NCBI GenBank assembly: GCA_963978095.1
Contig: CAXBQP010000001.1
Location: 96,001-160,000 of the forward strand
Direction: 5' to 3'
Length of the DNA stretch: 64,000 bases
Source: an uncultured bacterium
GTDB taxonomy: Bacteria; Gemmatimonadota; Gemmatimonadetes; Gemmatimonadales; Gemmatimonadaceae
The translations under genes and the position numbers were made by a program. This document shows, one piece after another, positions 29,328-45,194 of the stretch (the stretch's first letter is position 1; each line of letters starts with the position of its first letter). The notes under the pieces were generated by a model, which was not told the DNA's origin, made no database searches, and worked only from the letters and a program-made list of their open reading frames with translations.

Positions 29328-30448
29328 TGAAGCGCTCGTTCCTGATGCCACTGCGCAACAGTGCGCTGCTGGTGGCCACCCTCGCACTCGGCGCGTGTCG
29401 GTTCATCGACAACCGTGAGACTTCCCAACGCGGATATCGCGGGACGGGCATGCAGGTGGTGTATCCCTACAAGGCGACGGCGCACGCGTTCCAGGCAACG
29501 CGGTTGCCCAGCGTGCCGCCACCAGCCGGCGAGTCCCCGCCGGGTCCGCTGCCGTGGAAGAACGTCCAGGTGCTCAACGACGTGAGCGTCGCGGAGTTCA
29601 ACCGGACGATGATCTCCATGGCGGAATGGGTCGCCGGGCCTGGCAACTGCCAGTACTGCCACAACGTGGCCAACTTCGCCTCGGATACCGCGAACAACGG
29701 CAAACCGCTCTACACCAAGCTGGTGGCGCGTCGCATGTTGCAGATGACCCGCAACATCAACGGCAACTGGCAGGCCCACGTCGCGAACACCGGAGTCACC
29801 TGCTACACCTGTCACCGTGGGAAGCCGCTGCCGAACGGCCTGTGGTTCTACAGCAGCGAAACCCAGTACCTGCGGCATTATCTCGATTCCACGGGCGCAC
29901 GCGTGGTCTCGCACCAGATCTCGCCGAGCAACGCCAACCGGTCGAGCGTCAAGCAAACCGAGTGGACGTACGCCCTGATGATCTCGCAGGCTCGCTCGCT
30001 TGGGGTGAACTGCACGTACTGCCACAACACGCGTCAGTTCGCCAGCTGGGAACAAGCCCCGCCGCAGCGCGTCAAGGCGTATGACGGCATTCAGATGTTG
30101 CGCGATGTCAATCGCAACTACTTGGCACCGTTGCAGCCGGTGTTTCCCGCGGTGCGGCTCGGTGCCAAGGGTGATGCCCCCAAGGCCCAGTGCTTGACCT
30201 GTCACAACGGGGTCTACAAGCCCCTGTACGGGGCTCAGATGGTCAAGAACTACCCCGCGCTATGGGGACGTGACGCGTGGGCCGGGGTACCGTTCCCGGG
30301 CATCCACGGCCCGGCCAAACCGGACAGCGGCAAGAAGGTGGCCTCCGGGCAAACGACGGTCACGGGCCCCGTCACCGTCCCCACTCCGATGGCGAAGGCG
30401 ACGGCACCGGTCGCAAAGCCGACCCGGAGTGTACAGGAGCACCAGTAA
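29324..30448 (+). CDS. pufC: RC-bound tetraheme cytochrome c (lipoprotein)
   Basis: LGAC lipobox; four CxxCH motifs (CQYCH, CYTCH, CTYCH, CLTCH). Confidence 0.97.
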   Translation: MMKRSFLMPLRNSALLVATLALGACRFIDNRETSQRGYRGTGMQVVYPYKATAHAFQATRLPSVPPPAGESPPGPLPWKNVQVLNDVSVAEFNRTMISMAEWVAGPGNCQYCHNVANFASDTANNGKPLYTKLVARRMLQMTRNINGNWQAHVANTGVTCYTCHRGKPLPNGLWFYSSETQYLRHYLDSTGARVVSHQISPSNANRSSVKQTEWTYALMISQARSLGVNCTYCHNTRQFASWEQAPPQRVKAYDGIQMLRDVNRNYLAPLQPVFPAVRLGAKGDAPKAQCLTCHNGVYKPLYGAQMVKNYPALWGRDAWAGVPFPGIHGPAKPDSGKKVASGQTTVTGPVTVPTPMAKATAPVAKPTRSVQEHQ

Positions 30449-30481
30449 CAACTGATTCACGCGACACCTGCCTTGAGTCGG

Positions 30482-30525
30482 CAAGAAAGCGGGGGTTCCC
30501 GGTACCGGGAACCCCCGCTTTCTTG
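30482..30525. terminator. Bidirectional intrinsic terminator between convergent puf and puh units
   Basis: Perfect 44-bp palindrome CAAGAAAGCGGGGGTTCCCGGT/ACCGGGAACCCCCGCTTTCTTG with T-rich tails on both strands. Confidence 0.88.
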
Positions 30526-30577
30526 TGGCGACGCGATCGCGGTGAACGATCTGCTGACGGAGTCGCTCGGAAAAGCG

Positions 30578-31060
30578 TTACTTCCCGGCGAGCAGCAGGA
30601 CGCGGAACGACTCGACTTGGGTCGGACCGAATGAGCTGATGGACACGCGTTCGCCGGTGGAGGGATCGTCCAACGTCATGCGCCCATTTTCCCATTGCGT
30701 GAGGATAAAGGGCTCCGACGGCTCGACATGTGCAGCCCGACGCGACCGCGCGAGACTCCGGATGGCACCGCGCAAGAACTGATCACTGTTCGGCGGCACC
30801 TGGAAGACGTTCCGGTGCGCGATCGCGTCATAGACGTCAATGCCACCATTCGTGGCGTCACTGAACACCAAGGACCGTGACCCGACCATGGGCCCGTCGG
30901 GCTCATCGTACGCGCCTCGCCCGAACCGCGTGGCGGAGATGGCGAACCAAAGCGTTGCAGCGACGATCACGAGTGCCACGACCAAGAATGGACGCGGGGG
31001 CGTCAGGTCCTGCATGGCCGACTGCTGCCCTGGCTCGCGTTCGAAATGAATCTGCGTCAT
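30578..31060 (-). CDS. puhC: Photosynthetic complex assembly protein PuhC
   Basis: One TM, then FLRGAIRSLARSR...PFIL...GRMTLDDPSTG..SSFGPTQ. Confidence 0.88.
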   Translation of the reverse strand: MTQIHFEREPGQQSAMQDLTPPRPFLVVALVIVAATLWFAISATRFGRGAYDEPDGPMVGSRSLVFSDATNGGIDVYDAIAHRNVFQVPPNSDQFLRGAIRSLARSRRAAHVEPSEPFILTQWENGRMTLDDPSTGERVSISSFGPTQVESFRVLLLAGK

Positions 31061-31710
31061 ACGGTAACCGCGGAGAACCCGGTGATGCTGCCCGCGGCAG
31101 CGCCAGACGCTGGTGCAGCAGCCTCCGGTGCCGCTCCCTCGACGGCCAACGCGGCCGTCCGGAGGATCGCGCCGACGGCTGCGGCATCCCGCAGTCCGCG
31201 CAGGACCGGCTGCGGATTCTTGAGGTGCCAGGCTCTCACATGCGGCCACAGAATCAGCCACGCGAGTCGATCCGCCGATTGGACTTCGATCGCGATTTGC
31301 CCGGTCCCATCGCGGAACATGCGCGTCGCAGCCCCCCGGATCGACCGGAGTGGAAGATTCAGGGTCATCGGCAGTACGATGCCGATGCGCATCACCACGC
31401 GACGATCCGTGATGATGTACCGCGTCGTCCGCGCGCAAGCCACCGCCAGCACGAACGCGATGAGGATGGCGAACGCGGCGCTCCCGAGTTGCAGGCCCAG
31501 CATCTCTCGGAACTCGGCACTGCCGAGCGCCGATCGGGTGTTGAACGCCCACGCCCCGATCACCACGGCGAAATAGACGGTCAGCGCCCACACGTGGAAC
31601 GCGTGCCGCGCGAGCGCCGCTCGATCAGGCTGTTCCTCCCACAGCACCCGCTCCCCGACCGGAAGAGGTTCAGGGGCGCCAGGGATAAACCTCCGCTCGT
31701 CCACGACCAT
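31057..31710 (-). CDS. puhB: Photosynthetic complex assembly protein PuhB
   Basis: LPVGERVLW, TRYIITDRRVVMRIGIVLP and LWPHVRAW motifs. Confidence 0.92.
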   Translation of the reverse strand: MVVDERRFIPGAPEPLPVGERVLWEEQPDRAALARHAFHVWALTVYFAVVIGAWAFNTRSALGSAEFREMLGLQLGSAAFAILIAFVLAVACARTTRYIITDRRVVMRIGIVLPMTLNLPLRSIRGAATRMFRDGTGQIAIEVQSADRLAWLILWPHVRAWHLKNPQPVLRGLRDAAAVGAILRTAALAVEGAAPEAAAPASGAAAGSITGFSAVTV

Positions 31711-32255
31711 CAGAGCAGCGGTTGCGAGCGATCCGGCGTGGCGTACAGGTGACCGCCACCGTAGTACGCGCAAATCTTGTCTTCCTCCAAAAGGGTAATC
31801 TCGGTGCGGCTCTTCGTCCCCGGCACCTCGGAGAACTGGGCCGCCGTGATCGCCTTGACGCGCACATGATCCAACCCGAACAACCCCAAGTTCGGCCACG
31901 CCACGAACGTCACCGGGAGCAGAACGTGTCGTCCGCCCGTCGCGAGCGTCACCTCGTAATACCGGACCTGCGGCTCCGACCGATCGACCCACAGATCGGA
32001 GATCGTACCGGCGACGACGCCGTCACAGGCGCGTACCGGCAATCCACGCGGATCCGGATCCCCTTCGGCGATCGAGAAATCCGTGGCCACCTGCATCGGC
32101 ACGATCTTCGGCTTGCCATGGGCGGTCAGATCCGGCACATCCGCTCGCTGTGCCCAGGAGGCAGGGCCCACCCCGTCGATCATCGGATTGCCCGTCGGAA
32201 CGAACGGCGATCCATTGAACCCGTCGACGGGTTCCATTTTCAAATCCTGACTCAT
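31710..32255 (-). CDS. puhA: Reaction center H subunit, soluble PRC-barrel part (H2)
   Basis: [18 protein letters not shown] and [16 protein letters not shown] motifs; own GGAGG SD; ATGA overlap with H1. Confidence 0.92.
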   Translation of the reverse strand: MSQDLKMEPVDGFNGSPFVPTGNPMIDGVGPASWAQRADVPDLTAHGKPKIVPMQVATDFSIAEGDPDPRGLPVRACDGVVAGTISDLWVDRSEPQVRYYEVTLATGGRHVLLPVTFVAWPNLGLFGLDHVRVKAITAAQFSEVPGTKSRTEITLLEEDKICAYYGGGHLYATPDRSQPLL

Positions 32256-32458
32256 GCGTGTCCGCCTCCCTGCGTATGATCGGGGTGAATGAACGTCTTC
32301 GGTTCCGGGACCGTGGGCCACCCTTCACGGGGACCCTGGGGCGACTCGAGCGGATATCCCTCGCGCTTGTCCTCACGGCGGAGATACACGATCAACCCGA
32401 AGAAAAAGAGCCAGAAACAGTACAGCGCGATTTGCGCAGCGTCGAAATAGTGTGTCAT
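32252..32458 (-). CDS. puhA: Reaction center H subunit, transmembrane part (H1)
   Basis: [35 protein letters not shown], the PuhA N-terminus. Confidence 0.92.
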   Translation of the reverse strand: MTHYFDAAQIALYCFWLFFFGLIVYLRREDKREGYPLESPQGPREGWPTVPEPKTFIHPDHTQGGGHA

Positions 32459-32488
32459 GCCTCCTCCTGAGAATGCGCCGAAGCCCGG

Positions 32489-33940
32489 TCAGGCTGGAAG
32501 ATCAGCGAGACCAAACTCTTGTTGCCGGCGAATCGCGCCGGCGCGAACCATCGAAACCAGTGGCCCCAACGCCACCAACGTGGCGAAGAGGGTGACAATC
32601 TCCATCGCATACACGACGCTGTACGGCATCGCGGGATTGCGGAGCACGGCACTGACACGCCCCTCGGCGATCATGCGGGCCAACTCATCGCGGATCGCTC
32701 CCGAGCTGGCCAGGGCGAGCCCTTCGGTCGTCGCGAACACCGCGCCCCAGGCGCCGAGCGCGATACCATGCTGCGTCGAGTCGCGAAGCCCCATCGCCGC
32801 ACTCAGCGTGCCCACGCCGAACAATCCCTCGCCGGTGCCGATCAGGAAGGTGCCGCACTGGAACAGCATGGCGGAATGCAGCGGCGCGGCGAGGATGACG
32901 CAGGCGAACGCCACAATGCCGGTAGCAACGCCCAGCGCTGCGAGGCGGATCGGGTCCAATCCCCGTTCCAGCAAGAGTGCGGCAACCATGAAGGCGAAAA
33001 TGCCGCCGACGGCCATGACACCCGTCAAACCCGTCGTTTGCGACACGGAAAAGCCGAGGATCTCGCCGCCGTAGGGTTCGAGAAGTACATCCTGCATGTT
33101 GAAGGCGAAAAAGCCGCATCCCACGGCCACGAGCAGACGGACCGCGGCACCACCCTCCGCGAAGGTCCGCCACGCCTCACGGAAGAGCGGACGGCGCTCT
33201 CCCTTCTGGTACGGCGTCACTCCCCGTACGCGCGCCTCCTGCCGCCACATGGAATAGGTGTTCACGACGACCGTGAACACGGCCGTCGCCTGGATGACCT
33301 GGATGAGTTTGCCTTCCGTGAATCCCTGCAGCGCAACGCCGAGGACCAGAGAACTCAACACGGTCCCGATCAGCAGCATCAGATACATCAGCGCGATGAT
33401 GCGGGGCCGTTTGGCCTCCGGTGCAATGTCGCTCGCCAGCGCGAGTCCCGCGGTCTGAATGGTATGCGCACCTGCGCCCACGAGAAAGAATGCCACGCCG
33501 CTGCCCACATAGCCGATGAAACGGGGGCCCCAGTGTTGATCACCGCCCAGAACGATCAGGGCGAACGGCATGATGGTCAGCCCTGCGAACTGCATCATGG
33601 ATCCAGCCCAGACGAACGGCACGCGCTTCCAGCCCAGCACCGACCGGTGCGTGTCGGAGCGAAAGCCGATCAGTGCCCGGAATGGCGCGACCAGCAACGG
33701 AATCGCGATCATGACCGAGACGATGGTCGCACTGAGCTTCAACTCGAGGATCATCACGCGATTCAGCGTGCCGAAGAACAGCGTCTGCACCATGCCGCAC
33801 GTCAACTGAAAAAGGCTGAGGCGAAGCAGACGCGACAGCGGCATCTCCGGCGTCGCGATATCCGCGAAAGGCCGCCACTTGGAAACAATCCCCAAGGTGA
33901 AGCGCTGAAGCCGCAAGAGCAGTGCGCGCAAGAAGCTCAT
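32489..33940 (-). CDS. lhaA: LH1 assembly protein LhaA (PucC/BCD family MFS)
   Basis: PFADIATPEMPLSRLLRLSLFQ, TLNRVMILEL and MQDVLLEPYGGEIL motifs; directly upstream of puhA. Confidence 0.92.
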   Translation of the reverse strand: MSFLRALLLRLQRFTLGIVSKWRPFADIATPEMPLSRLLRLSLFQLTCGMVQTLFFGTLNRVMILELKLSATIVSVMIAIPLLVAPFRALIGFRSDTHRSVLGWKRVPFVWAGSMMQFAGLTIMPFALIVLGGDQHWGPRFIGYVGSGVAFFLVGAGAHTIQTAGLALASDIAPEAKRPRIIALMYLMLLIGTVLSSLVLGVALQGFTEGKLIQVIQATAVFTVVVNTYSMWRQEARVRGVTPYQKGERRPLFREAWRTFAEGGAAVRLLVAVGCGFFAFNMQDVLLEPYGGEILGFSVSQTTGLTGVMAVGGIFAFMVAALLLERGLDPIRLAALGVATGIVAFACVILAAPLHSAMLFQCGTFLIGTGEGLFGVGTLSAAMGLRDSTQHGIALGAWGAVFATTEGLALASSGAIRDELARMIAEGRVSAVLRNPAMPYSVVYAMEIVTLFATLVALGPLVSMVRAGAIRRQQEFGLADLPA

Positions 33941-33941
33941 C

Positions 33942-35009
33942 TCACCAGACCGGTTCAAGACGGAAGTTCACAGGCAGTTCCGCGTGCTTGGCCGGCAAGA
34001 GGAACATGCGGGCGAAAATCACGGCATTGGACGCCTTCGCCACTGCCCCACGCAACACACCACCGAGGCCGCCCGTCTTCTCCGCCTCGGCGATAGCCAG
34101 CGTGTTCTGGTACATGGACTCCATCAAGGCCCACAACTTGGGATTGTCCACGTCGATCGTCACCGGGAAGACTTGGCGGCTGATCTCATTGGTCAAGGCG
34201 ATCACGCGACGATCGAAATCGTTGACATCGAATCCCAACTGCTTGAAGAAATCCGCGCGCAGATGGTCACGGACATACATCGTCGCAAACACCGCCAAGA
34301 GGAAGAAGCGGATCCACAGCTTGTTGCCGCCGCGCAGGAACTGCGGGTTGGCACGCATCAGAATGGCGAACGCCTCACCATGCCGGAACTCATCATGGCA
34401 CCAGTTCTCGAACCACTTGAAGATCGGGTGGAACCGGAACTCGGGATGGGCTTCGAGCTGCCGATAGATCGTGATGTAGCGGGCGTATCCGATCTTCTCG
34501 GAGAGATAGGTGGCGTAATAGATGTACTTCGGCTTGAAGTACGTGTACTTCTTGGCCCTGGTCAGGAAGCTCAGATCCACCGCGACGTTGAAATCATTCA
34601 ACGTATGGTTGATGAATCCGGCGTGCCGCCCTTCGTCGCGGCTCATGAAACCGAACAACTCGCGGATATCCTTGTTCTTCACCCGCTTCTTGATCTCCGC
34701 GTACAGGATGCAGCCCGAGAACTCCGCCGTGACCGAGCTCGTCAAGAACTCGATGAAGGAGCGCTGCAGCTCGAGTGGCCATCCGGTCCAATCCAAGTCG
34801 AAGTCGGCGTTGCGCTTGAAGTGGTCCTTGTTGGGATCGCGCCGGAACTCATCCACCATTGCATCCCACATCTCACGCATCGACTCCACGTTCAAGCGGT
34901 CGAGTTCGTCGAAATCCGTGGTGTAGAAGCGCGGATTCAGCGCGGCATCCTCACGCGCGGCCTTCGTCGTCTCGTTGATGGGCGCTGCCGTCGTCGCGTC
35001 GTACATCAT
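33942..35009 (-). CDS. acsF: O2-dependent Mg-protoporphyrin IX monomethyl ester cyclase
   Basis: PRFYTTDF, TAEFSGCILY, RDEGRHAGF and DEFRHGEAF diiron motifs. Confidence 0.97.
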   Translation of the reverse strand: MMYDATTAAPINETTKAAREDAALNPRFYTTDFDELDRLNVESMREMWDAMVDEFRRDPNKDHFKRNADFDLDWTGWPLELQRSFIEFLTSSVTAEFSGCILYAEIKKRVKNKDIRELFGFMSRDEGRHAGFINHTLNDFNVAVDLSFLTRAKKYTYFKPKYIYYATYLSEKIGYARYITIYRQLEAHPEFRFHPIFKWFENWCHDEFRHGEAFAILMRANPQFLRGGNKLWIRFFLLAVFATMYVRDHLRADFFKQLGFDVNDFDRRVIALTNEISRQVFPVTIDVDNPKLWALMESMYQNTLAIAEAEKTGGLGGVLRGAVAKASNAVIFARMFLLPAKHAELPVNFRLEPVW

Positions 35010-35338
35010 CAGCCCTCGAACCCCACTTCGTACAGGTCGGTGATTCCACTCGTGCCGAGCACACGCACCAGCACGCGCCGCGGCCAGCTCACCTGCGTGA
35101 CGGTCGCGCGGGAGGTCATGATGGCCTTGGTCCCGATCGGGATCTTCGATGGTGCCGCATGCACCAGCACTTCATCGCCCTCGTTCACGTCGATGCCGTC
35201 GAGCTCCACATGCGCGTGGAAGTGATCCTGCGTGGCCTCAAGATCGATGGTACACGGGACTTCCGAGCGGCGTCGGGCCAGCATCCAGGCCCCGAGCACC
35301 ACCACGGTTCCCAGTCCTGCGAGGAGGGACGTGTTCAT
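35009..35338 (-). CDS. bciE: BciE-like cyclase accessory protein with N-terminal hydrophobic anchor
   Basis: EVPCTID...FHAHVELDG...GDEVLVH.AP resembles recalled alphaproteobacterial BciE; stop overlaps the acsF start. Confidence 0.7.
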   Translation of the reverse strand: MNTSLLAGLGTVVVLGAWMLARRRSEVPCTIDLEATQDHFHAHVELDGIDVNEGDEVLVHAAPSKIPIGTKAIMTSRATVTQVSWPRRVLVRVLGTSGITDLYEVGFEG

Positions 35339-35348
35339 CGTGACGACC

Positions 35349-36140
35349 TCATGCGCCCACTCCGAGGACCACCTCGTCATCATCCGACGACGTCGTCCGC
35401 ACGAGTTCAAGCGCTTGTGAGATGTAGAAGGCGCTCTGCACGCGGGTCGTGCGAGCGGGGGTCCAGTCGCCGAGCGTCGGCGACGTCGCGATTGCCTCGT
35501 ACAGCAATCGCCGGCGCAACGGCTCGATGGCCGGCGCGCGGTTCGTGTGCTCGGTATGCGGCACAAGCCGTCCCACGGCGTGCATCAGCTCGAGCAACGG
35601 CGTACTCGGGGCGTACGTCGCCACGATCGAACCGCGGGTCCGCGCCGCCAGCGCGGATACGGCATGCATGACGTCCTCGAGCCGATAGTGGATCAGCGAA
35701 TCCATCGCAAACACGTGATCGAACTCGCCGAACTCCGGGGACAACATGTCACCGGCGGAAAACTCGATGCGGCCCGACAGAGGCTCCTCGGCCATGCGCG
35801 CCAGGCCGACCTCCACCGCCGACGGCGCCAGATCGATCGCCACCACGTCCGCGCCGCGGCGCGCGAGCTCGATCGATGCCGTGCCCGTGCCGCACCCGGC
35901 ATCGAGAACGCGCTTCCCGGTCAGGTCGGCGGGTAACCACGAGAGCAACGTGTCGCGCATGTTCGCGCGTCCCGCGCGAACCGTCGCCCGGATCCTGCTC
36001 ACCGGAGCATCCGAGGTCAGCGCCTTCCATCCATCGGAGGCCGTCCGGTCGAAATACTCCGTCAGCCACGACCGCCGTTCGGCATACGTGGAGGGAATCG
36101 ATTCGCCGGCGCCCCGCACCGCGTGACTGGATGATGTCAC
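35349..36140 (-). CDS. bchM: Mg-protoporphyrin IX methyltransferase
   Basis: YFDRTA..W.ALTSDAPVSRIRATVRAGR, VLDAGCGTG and AMDSLIHY motifs. Start approximate. Confidence 0.95.
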   Translation of the reverse strand: MTSSSHAVRGAGESIPSTYAERRSWLTEYFDRTASDGWKALTSDAPVSRIRATVRAGRANMRDTLLSWLPADLTGKRVLDAGCGTGTASIELARRGADVVAIDLAPSAVEVGLARMAEEPLSGRIEFSAGDMLSPEFGEFDHVFAMDSLIHYRLEDVMHAVSALAARTRGSIVATYAPSTPLLELMHAVGRLVPHTEHTNRAPAIEPLRRRLLYEAIATSPTLGDWTPARTTRVQSAFYISQALELVRTTSSDDDEVVLGVGA

Positions 36141-36142
36141 GG

Positions 36143-40686
<4,544 letters not shown>

Positions 40687-40697
<11 letters not shown>

Positions 40698-42279
40698 AAT
40701 GCGCCTTGGCCTCGTACAGCGTATCAACGGTGATCTGCAGGATCCCCTGGGCGGCGGCGAATTTCTCGGTGTTGCGCCGCGCCTTGCCGCGGACGAAGAA
40801 CGGGATCTTCCCGAGCTCCTTTTCGCCGTCGGGCGTCCAAACGGGAGGGGTGAATGCGCCGACCGATGCCGTCTTCGCCACCGGCTGTTCGACCACCCGC
40901 TGCGTGGCGCTGTCCGCGACACCGGACGTCTCCGCACGCGCTGGCGCGTGCAGATGGCTCGGCGCCGCATCACCGTGGAACTCGAAATCATCGCGGAACA
41001 TGTGCAGCAAATGTTCCTCGAGCCCCATCATCAACGGATGCACCCACGCATCGAAGATCACATTCGACCCTTCCCACCCCATCTGGGGCGAATGCCGGGC
41101 CGGAACATCCTGCACATGGAAGGGTCCCGAGATCACGGCGCAGGGCACTCCAAGACGCTTGGCGATGTGCCGCTCCATCTGCGTGCCGAGCACCAACTCG
41201 GGGGCGGCCGCGCCGATCGCGGCCTCCACCTCGAGGTAATCATCGGTGATCAACGGGTCGATCCCCAGGGCCGTCGCGGCGGCGCGCACGTCACGCGCCA
41301 TCTCGCGGGCATAGGTACCGATCCCCACCACCCGGAAGCCCAGTTCTTCCGTGGCGATGCGAGCCGCACTGATCACATGGGTGCCGTCGCCAAAGATGTA
41401 GACCCGCTTGCCGGTCAGGTATGTCGAGTCGACGCTGCGCGAATACCACGGAAGCCGCGACGCACCCTCCTCGACGGCGGCCGTGACATCCACCCCCGCG
41501 ATCGCTCCCACCTCGCGGAGAAAATCACGGGTCGCACCGACACCGATCGGCACCGTCTTCACGTACGGCATCCCGTGATTGCGCTGCAGCCATCCGGCCG
41601 TGGTCTGCGAAATCTCCGGATACAGCGACACATTGAAGTCCGCCTCCGGCAAGCGCACGAGATCGGCCGGTGACGCGCCCCACGGCGCGATCACGTGCAC
41701 GTCGACCCCGACGGACTCCAGCAAGGCGCGCACCTCGCGCACGTCGTCGCGGCTGCGAAAGCCGAGCGCCGTGGGGCCCAGGATGTTCGCCGTGGGGCGA
41801 CGACCCTCGCGCGGCGCACGCACCACCGGCGTTGTCCGGGTGCCGACCATCGTGCGCACCAGATGATAGAACGTCTCCGACGCCCCCCAGTTCTCCTTCT
41901 TGGAGTACGAGGGCAGTTCGAGCGGCACGACCGGCACCGGGAGCTTGAGCCCCATGGCCAGCGCCCCGGGTTGATCTTGGATCAGCTCGGCCGTGCACGA
42001 TTCCCCGACCAGCAGCGCCTGCGGCGTGAATCGCTCATAGGCATCCTGAATGGCGGTGATGACCAGGTTGGCCGTATCTCCGCCCAAGTCGCGCGCCTGG
42101 AAGGTGGTGTACGTCACCGGTGGACGGCGGTCGCGGCGCTCGATCATCGTGAAGAGCAGATCGGCGTACGTGTCCCCCTGCGGTGCGTGCAGCACGTAAT
42201 GCACGCCGGTCATCGAAGTCGCGATCCGCATCGCGCCGACGTGCGGCGGTCCCTCGTACGTCCAGAGCGTGAGCTGCAT
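40687..42279 (-). CDS. bchB: DPOR subunit B
   Basis: [31 protein letters not shown] and [14 protein letters not shown] motifs. Confidence 0.97.
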
Positions 42280-42281
42280 CG

Positions 42282-44318
<2,037 letters not shown>

Positions 44319-44349
44319 CACATTCATCAGGGACTGAGCATCGGCCGTC

Positions 44350-45168
44350 ATGCGTCCAGAAGAGAGCCGCGAACCGCACGGCGCCGGAGCGCCGGAGACG
44401 TCGCATCGGGCGCGTGAGGGGGACCGCGCGTATCACGCGGTCGCGCACGAGACGGCTGCCACCCAAGCGACCGCTCCGGTGGATCCGTCGTTGAGCACTC
44501 GTCACATCACGACCGACGACCTCCACACCTTCGTCCGGTCGCTGCGCTCCTCGGACGAGGGGGAGTGCACCGCCTGCGTCAATGCCCTCATCGCGCGCGG
44601 CATTACGGCCGAGACCATCTACCTCGACCTGCTGGACAACGCTGCGTTGCAGTTTGGCGAAATGTGGAATGACGACAGCTGCGACTTCGTCGATGTCACC
44701 GTCGCCTTGGGCCGCCTCCAGCGGATCTTGCGGGACCTCAGCCATAAGTTCCTCGCGGATCGAGCCGCGCCGGATTCCATTGGTCGAGTCCTACTTTCGT
44801 CTATCCCTGGAGAGCACCACACATTAGGTTTATTCATGGTCGCGGAGTTCTTCATCCGCGAAGGCTGGGACGTCAGGCTTGGCGCGCCCCTGACATCAGC
44901 CGAACTGGGGTCGCTTCTCCGGGAAACCCGCTTCGATGTCGTCGGCTTCTCGGTCGCGTCGTCCGAACGGCTCTCCCATGTCAAACGCACGATACGTCAA
45001 CTTCGGCGTGATTCGCAGAATAGAGCCCTCGCGGTGATGGTCGGAGGGCCGGTGTTCCGCGAACGCCCATCGTTGGCCGCCCATGTCGGAGCCGATGGCA
45101 CTGCACCTGATGCCCGCACTGCACCCGCGCTTGCTCGCCGTCTCATCACTCAAGGGGATCCGTGCTGA
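44350..45168 (+). CDS. aerR: Cobalamin-binding antirepressor AerR/PpaA
   Basis: IYLDLL..AA..FGEMWNDD.CDFVDVT and PGEHHTLG B12-binding motif; directly upstream of ppsR. Start uncertain. Confidence 0.9.
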   Translation: MRPEESREPHGAGAPETSHRAREGDRAYHAVAHETAATQATAPVDPSLSTRHITTDDLHTFVRSLRSSDEGECTACVNALIARGITAETIYLDLLDNAALQFGEMWNDDSCDFVDVTVALGRLQRILRDLSHKFLADRAAPDSIGRVLLSSIPGEHHTLGLFMVAEFFIREGWDVRLGAPLTSAELGSLLRETRFDVVGFSVASSERLSHVKRTIRQLRRDSQNRALAVMVGGPVFRERPSLAAHVGADGTAPDARTAPALARRLITQGDPC

Positions 45169-45194
45169 CCCGCCCGTTGGTCGGCACCGCCTAA

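Noticed and set aside
32240..32270. puhA as a frameshifted pseudogene
   Set aside because: The ATGA overlap and dedicated SD indicate a genuine two-gene H subunit.
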